Shown: positions 18,988 to 28,116 of the stretch, in pieces | How the letters are laid out: every line of letters starts with the position of its first letter | Position numbering within the stretch: position 1 is the stretch's first letter | DNA from: Candidatus Marinacidobacterium sp. | GTDB taxonomy: Bacteria; Acidobacteriota; Vicinamibacteria; Marinacidobacterales; Marinacidobacteraceae | DNA: 64,000 nt | Assembly (NCBI GenBank): GCA_965202845.1 | Contig: OZ241856.1 | Location: 2,473,931 to 2,537,930 of the forward strand | Direction of reading: 5' to 3' | The notes under the pieces: generated by a model | What the model was told of the DNA's origin: nothing | Seen by the model: only the letters and a program-made list of their open reading frames with translations | Database searches by the model: none | Position numbers and translations under genes: made by a program

Positions 18988-20455
18988 GGCTCTTTCAAAT
19001 ACCGAGTGGGTACGCGACATGAGGGTTGAGCTTGGAGAAGTCCAGTTTTCCGGCGATGAGGAAGAACACGGTGCGGATGGTCTGGAAGGTTCCGTAGCCT
19101 CTGGCTTTCCGCTTGGCCGCCTGAAACAGGCCGTTGAGCGCCTCGATGAAGCCGTTGGTCTGGCGGGTTCGGGCCCACGCGACGATGCCCTCGAGATGTT
19201 TGCGGATCATCCGCGCGACGGCTTTCATGGGTTCTACCTTGGAGCGGTTCACGTTGGCGCACCACTGCCGGAGCATGGCTCGGACGACGTTGACCTGCTT
19301 GCGGTTGAGGATGTTCCGGAGTTGTTCGCGGTACATCCAGGCTCGGGCGGTGCGCTTGCCGGGGGCCTGCGCGATGAGGGCGTTGAGTTGGGCGCGTTGT
19401 TCGGCGCCGAGTCGTTCGGGGCTCTTGAGGAGCGCCCAGCGCATGCCCTTGAGTTGCGGGTTGGCGCGCTGCTCGATGCGCCGGGTCTGGTCGAGGGCCT
19501 TGGACGCGTGGGCGATGACGTGGAATTTGTCGAAGGTGATTTGGGCGTTGGGGAGATGCTCTGCGACGCCCTTGATGTAGGCGGGGGACATGTCGCTGGA
19601 GGCGACTTCGACGGCTTCGGGGTCTCCGCCGTGGGCTTCGAGGCTTCGGGCGAATCGGTCGACGGAGTCGGCGGCGCGGCCTTCTCCGACGAAGATGACC
19701 CGGCGTTTTCGGGCGTCTGCGACGACGGTGACGTAGTTGTGGCCGCGCGCGCGGGAGGTTTCGTCGATGGCGACGGCGCGGACGTCGGCTTGGTCGTCGG
19801 TTTCGGTGGCGAGTTCCACATAGCGGTTGGAGATGGCCTGGGTTTGGTGCTGGGAGAGTCCGGCGAGCCGTGCGACGGCGGCGAAGGTCATGTCCTGGCA
19901 CATGGCGAGAATCAAGGCTTCGAAGAGGAGGGAGAACCCGGAGAGCTTGCCGGCCCAGGGCGGCGAGACCAGCGCGACCTTGCCGTTGGGGAGGCGCACC
20001 CGGGGGACGCGCGCCACCAGTTCGCACTCGAATTGGAAGAAGTTGAGGTGGCGGAAGCGCTTGGTCTTGGTGTCGTGGACCGGATGGAGGCCGTCGTGGT
20101 TCTGGTGGGCGAAGCGGGCGCCCCTGCGGAAATCGACGCGGATGCTCAGCTTTCCTTGGTCCTTGTCGAATTCCACGTTCTCGACGAACCAGGGGTCCGG
20201 GATGCCGAGGGCTTGGGCGAAAAGCTCGTGTAGCACTGGATGCGCTCCTTTTTTTCAGGGTCGAAAGCGGGAAAAGTGTTCCATTGGTGTGTGGCGACGC
20301 TGGCTGGGGACGGTTGCGGCTTCCCGCTTTCGACCCTTTTTCGAGCGTGCCCGCCGGATTCCGTGAGTCAAGGGTTCGCTACGCCGTGCAAGCCCGCCCT
20401 TGACACCCGGAATCCCGGCGGTCTCCATTCTACCCACTCAAATCTCAATTGAGGC
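18988..20455 (-). mobile_element. ISL3-family insertion sequence nested in the IS5-family element
   Basis: The ends GGCTCTTTCAAATACCGAGTGGGTA (18988) and TACCCACTCAAATCTCAATTGAGGC (to 20455) form imperfect IRs. They are flanked by the 8-bp direct repeat AAATTTTG (18980..18987 and 20456..20463). Confidence 0.75.
18995..20236 (-). CDS. ISL3 family transposase
   Basis: 413 aa. N-terminal zf-ISL3-like region (DPWFVENVEFDKDQGKLSIRVDF) and a DDE_Tnp_ISL3 body (AIDETSRARGHNYVTVV, DMSPAYIKG, NGFIEALNG). Confidence 0.9.
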   Translation of the reverse strand: MLHELFAQALGIPDPWFVENVEFDKDQGKLSIRVDFRRGARFAHQNHDGLHPVHDTKTKRFRHLNFFQFECELVARVPRVRLPNGKVALVSPPWAGKLSGFSLLFEALILAMCQDMTFAAVARLAGLSQHQTQAISNRYVELATETDDQADVRAVAIDETSRARGHNYVTVVADARKRRVIFVGEGRAADSVDRFARSLEAHGGDPEAVEVASSDMSPAYIKGVAEHLPNAQITFDKFHVIAHASKALDQTRRIEQRANPQLKGMRWALLKSPERLGAEQRAQLNALIAQAPGKRTARAWMYREQLRNILNRKQVNVVRAMLRQWCANVNRSKVEPMKAVARMIRKHLEGIVAWARTRQTNGFIEALNGLFQAAKRKARGYGTFQTIRTVFFLIAGKLDFSKLNPHVAYPLGI

Positions 20456-20488
20456 AAATTTTGGGATGATCTGTGTACAATCCAAACC

Positions 20489-21280
20489 ATGTCCCGCTTG
20501 GCCCACTTGATTCGAATCAGAGAAAAATACTGGGGGAAAATTCAGAAATTCTTCCCGGAAGAAAACATCCCCAAAGGACGTCGGGGACGAAAGCCCGTGC
20601 CCGCACGCGAAGTTCTCGAAGCCGTTCTTTGGCTCCTGCATACCGGTGCGCCGTGGAGGTTTCTGCCGCCAGAGTATCCGAATTACAAAACCGTTCATCG
20701 CAGGTATCAAGCCTGGTGTCGCGCCGGTGTTTATCCGAAAATCATGGAGAGATTGGTAGCTGAACTTCAAGAGTGCGGTCAGTACGATGGATCGGAAGGT
20801 TTTATCGACGGAATGTTCTTACCTGCGAAAGGCGGAGGTCTCGAAATCGGACGGACGAAGCGTGGTAAAGGCATGAGGATCATGGCGATAGTTGAGAAAC
20901 ATGGTTTGCCTTACTCGATCAGCGTACATGCTGCGAATCACCACGAAGTGAAGTTGGTTCAGTTGAATCTGCCATTCCGCATGGTAGAAGAAAAACCGAA
21001 AAATCTGATTGGAGACAAAGCCTACGACAGTGATGCGTTGGACGAGGATATGCGCGAGAAAGGAATCAACATGATCGCGCCGCACCGCAAGAACCGAAAG
21101 AGGCCGAGGACGCAAGACGGACGTCGGCTACGTCGGTATCAGAGGAGGTGGATGGTAGAACGCTTCTTCGCGTGGATACAGTGGCAGCGACGGATTCTGA
21201 TTCGATGGGAATTTCATCCAGAAAACTTCTTGGGTTTCGTTCAGCTGGCCTGCATCACAGTCCTTCTCAGGCAATTTTGA
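20489..21280 (+). CDS. IS5 family transposase
   Basis: 263 aa. DUF4096-like N-terminus (LHTGAPWRFLPPEYPNYKTVHRRYQAWC) and DDE_Tnp_1 (IGDKAYDSDAL, RWMVERFFAWIQWQRR). Confidence 0.9.
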   Translation: MSRLAHLIRIREKYWGKIQKFFPEENIPKGRRGRKPVPAREVLEAVLWLLHTGAPWRFLPPEYPNYKTVHRRYQAWCRAGVYPKIMERLVAELQECGQYDGSEGFIDGMFLPAKGGGLEIGRTKRGKGMRIMAIVEKHGLPYSISVHAANHHEVKLVQLNLPFRMVEEKPKNLIGDKAYDSDALDEDMREKGINMIAPHRKNRKRPRTQDGRRLRRYQRRWMVERFFAWIQWQRRILIRWEFHPENFLGFVQLACITVLLRQF

Positions 21281-21318
21281 GATAGGTTCAAAACAAAACA
21301 GCCAAATTCTCACACAAC

Positions 21319-21723
21319 ATGAGAGCGCCCAAAGACATCATCGCAAAAAGGAATCAACCGGGAGATTCCACGGCCTCGTTCCATGCGTTGCAGGAATGGG
21401 ACGGATATGTAGTTGAGATTTATGAAGATGAATTTGTAGCGCGATTGGTGGATTTGACCGCGGGGCATGTTTATGAAAGCGAGGAAGCCACCATCCCGCT
21501 GAAAGCAATCTCGGAACACGACGCGGCCAACATGGAGCTTGGTAGTTTCTTTCGTTGGGAAATCGGATATGAGACGTCTCTCAAGGGGATCCGGAAAAGA
21601 GTGTCCCGAATCATCTTTTTTCATATTCCAATAACTAAAAGCGACATCGAAAGAGGTCGAAAGTGGGCGGAGGAGATATTGGAAGCCTTCGAATCAAGTG
21701 ATGAAAAATCAAATGTCGAATGA
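21319..21723 (+). CDS. Hypothetical protein (low-GC orphan ORF)
   Basis: 134 aa with non-repetitive composition. GC is about 45% against about 70% in the neighbours. The 3' end overlaps the DUF1156 gene start by 26 nt. No family recognised. Confidence 0.4.
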   Translation: MRAPKDIIAKRNQPGDSTASFHALQEWDGYVVEIYEDEFVARLVDLTAGHVYESEEATIPLKAISEHDAANMELGSFFRWEIGYETSLKGIRKRVSRIIFFHIPITKSDIERGRKWAEEILEAFESSDEKSNVE

Positions 21724-24604
21724 CGAGCGGCTGATCGAGCGGTGGCTCCCGATCGCGGAGATCGGGGAGGAGAGCGCCCGCGAACGGCGGTCCATGACCG
21801 CGCTGCCGCCAACCTACTACCTGCATGTGTGGTGGGCGCGTCGCCCGCTGGTGGCGAGTCGTGCGGCGGTGTTGGCTTCGTTGTTGCCGGGGGATGCGGA
21901 TCGGGGGGCGTTTTTGCATGCGCTGGGGATCCACGGCGACCCGGTGGCCGTGCGCCGCAGGTTGGACGAAGCCAAGCGGACCAAGCCCAGGCAGAACCTC
22001 GGCCCCAATCCCTATGGCTACCGGCGGGCGTTCACGTACTCGCCGAGCGGGGAGGAGTGGGACAAACTTCGGAGTCCCGGGCCAGAAGCCAAAGTCCTGG
22101 ATCCAACCGCCGGCGGGGGCAGCATCCCCTTCGAGGCGGTGCGTCTGGGGTTCGCGGCGCATGCGAATGACCTGAACCCGGTGGCCGCCCTGATCCTGAA
22201 GGCCACGGCGGAATGGCCCGCCGAGCATCATGCCCGGTTGCTTCCCGAGTTCCAGCAACTGGCCGACGAGTTTCTGAGTCGGGCGGCGCCGAAGTACCAG
22301 GGCGTCTTCCCGCCGGAGCCGGAAGGGACTCTCGTTGAGGGCTACCTGTGGGCGCGGACGGTGGGGTGTCCGTACTGCGGGGGGTTGGTTCCGCTTTCGC
22401 CGAACTGGCGGCTGGCGCCGGATGGGACCGGGGTGCGTTTGGCGCCGGAAGTGGGGGAGGGGCCGGGGTCTTCGGGTCGGGTCTGTTCGTTCGAGATTGT
22501 GGGGACGGCTGCGGAGCAGTCGGCGGGGACGGTGGCGCGGGGGGACGGGGCGTGTCCGTTCCCGGATTGCGGGCGGGTGATCGAGGGTTCGGCGATCAAG
22601 GCGCAGGCGCGGGCGGGGGAGATGGGGGAGCAGCTGTACGCGGTGGTGTACAAGCGGCGGGTTCCGCGGATTCTGAAGTCGGGGAAGGCGGGGAAGCCGC
22701 GGTGGGAGCGGGGCTACCGGGCGCCGGGGGCGGGGGACGACGACCGGGAAGCGATCGCGGAGCGGCTTGCGGAGAAGCTGCCGGAGTGGGAGGCGTATGA
22801 CCTGGTTCCGAACGAGCGCATCCCGGACGGCAACAAGACCACCGAGCCGCATCGGTACGGGATGCCGCGCTGGCGGGACTTGTTTTCGCCGCGGCAGTTG
22901 CTGTGCCATGGGACGAGCGTGGAGGTCTTTCGGGAGCTGCTGGAGGCAGATCGGGAGGCGGGGAGGTTGACCGATGCGCGGCAGGCGGCGTATGGCTACC
23001 TGGCGCTCTCGCTGGACAAGGTGCTCAGCTACAACAACATCATGTGCCGCTGGCATTCCGGTCGCGAAGTCATGGCCCAAATCTTCGACCGGCACGACTT
23101 CGCGCTCAAGTGGTCCTATGCGGAGATGGCGCCCTTGGTCGCCGGGGTCGGCTACGACTGGGCCATCGGCCAGACCGCCAAGTGCGTGAAGGAGCTGGTC
23201 GCGCTGCTCCGCCCCGAAGGCCCGCTTCCGGCGCAGCGGGACGCCCCGCCGCCGGTCTCGATCACCGCGAAGCCGGGCGACGCCCTGGACCACCTGGAGG
23301 ACGCCAGCGTGGACGCGGTGGTGATGGACCCGCCCTACTACGACAACGTGATGTACGCCGAGCTTTCGGACTTCTTCTACGTCTGGCTCAAGCGCACCGC
23401 CGGGCATGCGTTCCCGGAGTTGTTCCGGCGCATCCTGACCGACAAGGAGGGGGAGGCGGTGGCGAACCCGGCGCGCTTTCGGGGGGAGAAGGGGGCGAAG
23501 GAGTTGGCCGGGCGGGAGTACCAGGATCGGATGGCGCAGATCTTCGCCGAGTGCCGCCGGGTTCTGAAGCCGGACGGGATTCTGACGCTGATGTTCACGC
23601 ACAAGGCGACCGGGGCGTGGGACGCCTTGACCGCCGGGCTGATCGAGGCGGGGTTCGTCATCACCGCTTCGTGGCCGATCCACACCGAGGCGGAGGGGAG
23701 CTTGCATATCCGGGACAAGGCGGCGGCGAGCAGCACGATCTTTTTGGTCTGCCGTCCGCGCCCGGAGCGGGAGGCGGGAGAGGAGACCCGGTACTGGGAG
23801 GAGGTGGAGGGGGACGTCACGCGGGCGGTGGGGGAGAAGGTCCAACAGTTCGAGGCGGAGGGGATTTCGGGGGTGGACTTGTATCTGGCGTGCTTCGGGC
23901 CGGCGCTTCGGGAGTTTTCGCGGCGTTGGCCGCTGGAGCGGGGGAAGCCGCGCCGGCGGGCGCCGCAAAGTGCGAGGCGGCGGCTGCTGGAGGAGGGGTG
24001 GGATGCGTATGCGGTGACGGCGGAGGACGCGCTGGAGGCGGCGCGTCGGGAGGTGAAGCGGTTCCGGCTGGAGCGGCTGACGCGGATGAAGGCGGGGGCG
24101 GACCTGGACGGGACGACGGCGTTCTTCGTGCTGGCGTGGGACGCCTTCAAGGCGCCTTCGTTTCCTTACGACGAGGCGCTGCGGCTGGCGCGCGCGGTGG
24201 GGGTGGATTTGGAGGGGGATGTGGTGGGGAGGTTGGGGGGGAAGCGGGGGAGTCTGGTGACGCTTTGGGACAGCGGGCAGCGCGCGGCGAAATCGGCGTT
24301 GGGGGCGGAGGATGGTTCCAGGGGGATGATCGACGCTTTGCACCATGCGGCGTGGCGGGGGCGTTCCAGGGGTCTGGAGGATTGCCGGAAGTGGTTGGGG
24401 GAGATGGGTTTGGGGGAGGATGCGGGGTTCCGGACGGCTTTGAAGGCTGCGCTGGAGGTGTTGCCGGTATCGGGGGCGTTCGGGGGGGAGGAGCTGGAAG
24501 GTGAGGCGGCGGCTTCGGGGGACGATTTCGCGGCGCTCGAAAAGCTGCGGCGCACCGTCTTCGAAACAATCGTTCCCGAACCGGAACAGCTGCAGCTGCT
24601 CTGA
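21698..24604 (+). CDS. DUF1156 domain DNA methyltransferase with Zn-ribbon (COG1743-like)
   Basis: 968 aa. N-terminal DUF1156 signature (ERWLPIAEIGEESARER...YYLHVWWARRPLVASRA), Cys pairs CPYCGG...CPFPDCG, and catalytic motif VVMDPPYYDNV. Confidence 0.85.
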   Translation: MMKNQMSNDERLIERWLPIAEIGEESARERRSMTALPPTYYLHVWWARRPLVASRAAVLASLLPGDADRGAFLHALGIHGDPVAVRRRLDEAKRTKPRQNLGPNPYGYRRAFTYSPSGEEWDKLRSPGPEAKVLDPTAGGGSIPFEAVRLGFAAHANDLNPVAALILKATAEWPAEHHARLLPEFQQLADEFLSRAAPKYQGVFPPEPEGTLVEGYLWARTVGCPYCGGLVPLSPNWRLAPDGTGVRLAPEVGEGPGSSGRVCSFEIVGTAAEQSAGTVARGDGACPFPDCGRVIEGSAIKAQARAGEMGEQLYAVVYKRRVPRILKSGKAGKPRWERGYRAPGAGDDDREAIAERLAEKLPEWEAYDLVPNERIPDGNKTTEPHRYGMPRWRDLFSPRQLLCHGTSVEVFRELLEADREAGRLTDARQAAYGYLALSLDKVLSYNNIMCRWHSGREVMAQIFDRHDFALKWSYAEMAPLVAGVGYDWAIGQTAKCVKELVALLRPEGPLPAQRDAPPPVSITAKPGDALDHLEDASVDAVVMDPPYYDNVMYAELSDFFYVWLKRTAGHAFPELFRRILTDKEGEAVANPARFRGEKGAKELAGREYQDRMAQIFAECRRVLKPDGILTLMFTHKATGAWDALTAGLIEAGFVITASWPIHTEAEGSLHIRDKAAASSTIFLVCRPRPEREAGEETRYWEEVEGDVTRAVGEKVQQFEAEGISGVDLYLACFGPALREFSRRWPLERGKPRRRAPQSARRRLLEEGWDAYAVTAEDALEAARREVKRFRLERLTRMKAGADLDGTTAFFVLAWDAFKAPSFPYDEALRLARAVGVDLEGDVVGRLGGKRGSLVTLWDSGQRAAKSALGAEDGSRGMIDALHHAAWRGRSRGLEDCRKWLGEMGLGEDAGFRTALKAALEVLPVSGAFGGEELEGEAAASGDDFAALEKLRRTVFETIVPEPEQLQLL

Positions 24605-27600
24605 TGCTGCGCGACCACGACTGGAAACCCAGGTACACATCCGATGACGGAAACCTGGCCCGGTTGCTCCATGTCCCGGCGCTCCGGGACGCGGTGCGCT
24701 ACGACCGGCTGACCGGGTTCTTCAACGCGGCGGCGCTGACGCTCGCGGCGCGTGGGATCGAGGACCTGGCGCGAAACGGCGGAAAGATGCGGCTGGTGGT
24801 CGGCTGCACGCTGGAGCCCGACGAAATCAAGGCGATCCAGAATGGTGAGGCGCTCCGGGAGCAGGTCGAACGGCGGATGGCGGGCGCCCCGCTGGCGCCG
24901 CCCGACGATGTGGCGGCGGACGCGCGGGAGTTGCTGGCGTGGATGGTCAAACACCGGTTGCTTGATGTGAAGGTCGCCGTGCCCTGCGACGAGGGGGGCG
25001 CGCCGGTTTCCGACAATTCCCTTTTTCACGTGAAGATCGGCGTCATCGAGGACAAGAGCGGCGACAAGCTGGCGTGGGACGGGAGCGTCAACGAAACCGA
25101 AGCCGGCTTGCGGCGCAATTGGGAGAGCGTCAACGTCTTTGCGAGTTGGGACGATCCGAAGCGGGTCGAGCTGGACGAGGCCGAGTTCAACCGCGTCTGG
25201 ACCGGGAAGGCGAAGCGCCTGATCGTGATGGACGTGCCGGAAGCGGTGCGCCGGGAGCTGCTGAAGCACGCGCCGCGGTCGGGGAAGCCGAAACGCCTCC
25301 GGGAGGACGACGACTTGCGGAACCGGGTCTGGGCGTTCCTCCGGGACGCGCCGAAACAGCCGGGCGGCGGCGAACGCATCGGCGAGGCGACCGCGGCGGT
25401 GGACCCGTGGCCGCACCAGGCGCGGGCGCTGGCGCGCCTCTACCAGAATTGGCCGCCGCGCCTTTTGATCGCCGACGAGGTGGGGCTCGGCAAGACCATC
25501 GAGGCCGGACTGCTGCTGCGCCAGGCGTGGCTCGCCGGGAAGGCGAGGCGGGTTCTGATCCTCGCGCCCAAGGCGGTGCTGGGGCAGTGGCAGGTCGAAC
25601 TACGGGAGAAGTTCAATCTCGACTGGCCGATCTACGACGCCGGCAAGCTCCGGTGGTATCCGACGCTGGCGAGCGGGCGGCGCGAACGGGAGGTCGGGCG
25701 CGACGCATGGCGCAAGGAGCCGTTCGTCATCGCCTCCAGCCAGCTGATGCGCCGGAAGGATCGGATGGACGAGCTTCTGCGCTCCGACGCCAGGTGGGAC
25801 CTGATCGTGCTGGACGAGGCGCACCACGCCCGGAAAAGTCCTGGCGGAAGCGCCAACCACCTGCTCCGGCTCATGCGGGGACTCAAGGATCGGGCGCCGG
25901 GACTCCTGCTCCTCACCGCGACGCCGATGCAGGTGCATCCGGTCGAGGTCTGGTGCTTGCTGGACCTGCTGGGACTGCCGCCGGAATGGAGCGAGGAGGC
26001 GTTTTTGCGCTTCTTCGAGGACGTGGAGGCGGAGGCGCCGTCGCGTGACGCGAGGGATCGGATGGCGGCGCTCTTCCAGGCGACCGAGAAGGCCTGCGGA
26101 CCGGTCGTGGAGGAGGAGAGCCTTTCGGGAAGAGCGGCGCTCCGGGCGCTGCGGGACCCCGCCTCGATCCCCCGCCGGAACCTCGAAGGCGAAACGCTGC
26201 GGACGGCGCTGCGGATCCTGCGGGCCGGAAGTCCGGCGCGGCGGCTGATCTCGCGCAACACCCGGGAGCTGCTGCGCCGCTACCGCAAGAAGGGGGTGAT
26301 GGACTTGCCGGTGGCGGAGCGCGACGTGGCGGATCGCTGGCTCGGCATGAGCGACGGCGAGCGGGCGCTCTACGAGGACGTCAAGGACTACATCCGGACG
26401 ACCTTCAACCGGGCCGAATCCGGCCAGCGGCGCGCGGTCGGCTTCGTGATGACGGTGTACGCCCGCCGTCTCGCCAGCAGCCTGGAGGCGCTCCGGCGGA
26501 CGCTCGAAAGGCGGCTTCAAGGCGAGTTCAAGGCTGTTGAGGACGACGTCCCGGACGACGAAACCCGGGACGACGCGACCCAGGACGTCCTGGACGCCGA
26601 GGAGACCGGGAGGCTGGCGCGGGAGGCGTTCGCCGTCGAGGAGCGAACCGGAATCGAGGAGCTGCTCGCGGCGATCCGGGAGCTTCCGACCGACAGCAAG
26701 CTGCAGTCGCTCCGGGCCGAACTCGCCGACCTGCGCAAGGCCGGCTACGAGCAGGTGATGGTCTTCACCCAGTACGCCGACACCATGGACTTCCTGCGCC
26801 GCATGCTGATCGGGGAAACGGGCGGGGCGCTCATGTGCTACTCCGGGCGCGGCGGCGAAATCCCGGAGGCATCGGGAGGCTGGCGGGTCATCCGGCGCGA
26901 GGAGGCCAGGCGGCGCTTCCAGGAGGGCGGGGCGGACATCCTGCTCTGCACCGACGCCGCCGCCGAGGGACTCAACTTCCAGTTCTGCGGCGCGGTCGTC
27001 AACTACGACATGCCGTGGAACCCGATGCGGGTCGAGCAGCGGATCGGGCGCATCGACCGGCTGGGGCAGAGGCATCCGACCATCCGCATCCGCAACCTGT
27101 TCTACCGGGAGTCGGTCGAGACGAACGTCTACGCCACGCTCCGCAACAGCCACGGCCTGTTCCAGAAGGTGGTGGGGCGGCTCCAGCCGATCCTGGCGAA
27201 GCTGCCCGGCCGGATCCAGAAGGAGCTGCTGGAAGGCGAAACGGCGGTGGTCGAAGACGAGCCGGAGGGGCCGGGGTTTGACCTGGATCGGATCGCCGAG
27301 GCCGATCTGGTCATGCCGGAGCGCCCGGCGCCGACGGCGACGATGGCGGATCTGGAGCGGATTCTGGCGGCGGCGGAGCGGCTGATGCCGCCCGGCTACG
27401 AGGTGGAGCGGTTGCCGCCGCACGGGTACAAGCTGCGCAAGCCGGGAGGGGAGTGGGCGCGCGTGACGACCGACGTCGGGTTCTTCGAGGAGCACTCCGA
27501 CAGCGTGGAGCTCTGGTCGCCCGGGAACCCGCTCTTTCCCGAACCGGCGATCCCCGAGGGGTTGGAGCCGGAGCGCCGCCGGACGCTGAGGGAGATTCTG

Positions 27601-27615
27601 GACGAAGCCGGGTGA
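24604..27615 (+). CDS. PLD-like nuclease domain fused to SNF2-family helicase
   Basis: 1003 aa. N-terminal PLD-like HxK segment (LFHVKIGVIEDK...GSVNET). SNF2 motifs LIADEVGLGKTIEAG and VLDEAHHAR. C-terminal helicase motifs (LLCTDAAAEGLNFQ, NPMRVEQRIGRIDRLGQ). The start overlaps the methyltransferase stop (TGATG). Confidence 0.85.
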   Translation: MLRDHDWKPRYTSDDGNLARLLHVPALRDAVRYDRLTGFFNAAALTLAARGIEDLARNGGKMRLVVGCTLEPDEIKAIQNGEALREQVERRMAGAPLAPPDDVAADARELLAWMVKHRLLDVKVAVPCDEGGAPVSDNSLFHVKIGVIEDKSGDKLAWDGSVNETEAGLRRNWESVNVFASWDDPKRVELDEAEFNRVWTGKAKRLIVMDVPEAVRRELLKHAPRSGKPKRLREDDDLRNRVWAFLRDAPKQPGGGERIGEATAAVDPWPHQARALARLYQNWPPRLLIADEVGLGKTIEAGLLLRQAWLAGKARRVLILAPKAVLGQWQVELREKFNLDWPIYDAGKLRWYPTLASGRREREVGRDAWRKEPFVIASSQLMRRKDRMDELLRSDARWDLIVLDEAHHARKSPGGSANHLLRLMRGLKDRAPGLLLLTATPMQVHPVEVWCLLDLLGLPPEWSEEAFLRFFEDVEAEAPSRDARDRMAALFQATEKACGPVVEEESLSGRAALRALRDPASIPRRNLEGETLRTALRILRAGSPARRLISRNTRELLRRYRKKGVMDLPVAERDVADRWLGMSDGERALYEDVKDYIRTTFNRAESGQRRAVGFVMTVYARRLASSLEALRRTLERRLQGEFKAVEDDVPDDETRDDATQDVLDAEETGRLAREAFAVEERTGIEELLAAIRELPTDSKLQSLRAELADLRKAGYEQVMVFTQYADTMDFLRRMLIGETGGALMCYSGRGGEIPEASGGWRVIRREEARRRFQEGGADILLCTDAAAEGLNFQFCGAVVNYDMPWNPMRVEQRIGRIDRLGQRHPTIRIRNLFYRESVETNVYATLRNSHGLFQKVVGRLQPILAKLPGRIQKELLEGETAVVEDEPEGPGFDLDRIAEADLVMPERPAPTATMADLERILAAAERLMPPGYEVERLPPHGYKLRKPGGEWARVTTDVGFFEEHSDSVELWSPGNPLFPEPAIPEGLEPERRRTLREILDEAG

Positions 27616-27633
27616 GGGCGCGGCCCGCTCCGA

Positions 27634-28116
27634 TCAGCCGCCGCCCAGGAGCGCCGCGATCAGCCGTTCCAGGACCGGGCGCAGGAACGAGCCGATCACC
27701 AGCAGGGCGAATCCGGCCGCCACCGCCACTCCGACTCCCACCTCGAATTTGCGGCGATGCGCCTCCCGCTCCAGCATCGCCCTGTTCTGGGCGCGGATCT
27801 CCAGCACCACCTCCTTGAGATCGACGAGCTCTTCCCGCAACGCGGTCTCGATCCGCTTCCGATCCGCCGCCGCCTCGCGAAACCCCTCCCGGACCTGCTG
27901 CCGCAGATCCCCGATGTCCCGGCGGTTCACCTGAACCGCCTCCCGGAGACCGCCCATCTGCACATTGAGCCAATCGAGCCGGTCCAGCTCGTTGGGCCGA
28001 TCCGAACGATCCGGGCCGTCCCGGCGCCCCGTCATCCGATCCCCTTTTGCATCGTGATCCTCAGTGTACAACGCGGCGACAGCCGCGTCGGTTGGCTTCG
28101 TTGCGGGCGCACCCAT
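27634..28116 (-). CDS. Tail-anchored coiled-coil membrane protein, paralog 1 (160 aa)
   Basis: ATG preceded by GAAGGAGG. Acidic/Pro-rich N-terminus, conserved LDRLDWLNVQMGGLREAV, a Glu/Arg/Ala helix, a C-terminal TM segment (VGVGVAVAAGFALLVIGSFL) and an ERLIAALLGGG tail. Confidence 0.65.
   Translation of the reverse strand: MGAPATKPTDAAVAALYTEDHDAKGDRMTGRRDGPDRSDRPNELDRLDWLNVQMGGLREAVQVNRRDIGDLRQQVREGFREAAADRKRIETALREELVDLKEVVLEIRAQNRAMLEREAHRRKFEVGVGVAVAAGFALLVIGSFLRPVLERLIAALLGGG

Larger units (their letters stand above)
18962..21299 (+). mobile_element. IS5-family (IS427/IS1031-like) insertion sequence, itself interrupted by an ISL3 element
   Basis: Terminal inverted repeats: GAACCTATCTCGTAATTG at 18962 and its imperfect complement ending at 21289 (CAATTTTGAGATAGGTTC; the end coordinate 21299 is approximate). 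About 860 bp once the nested element is removed. Low GC. Single transposase ORF at 20489..21280. Confidence 0.65.

Noticed and set aside
21635-24640. 1001-aa minus-strand ORF antisense to the DUF1156 gene. Similar giants occur at 47152..50094, 25600..27495, 9365..12028, 6596..8860, 11767..13374 and 33972..35951.
   Set aside because: These are typical high-GC antisense shadow ORFs: extreme Arg/Pro/Gly/His content and no motifs. Each is fully covered by an opposite-strand gene with clear family signatures.
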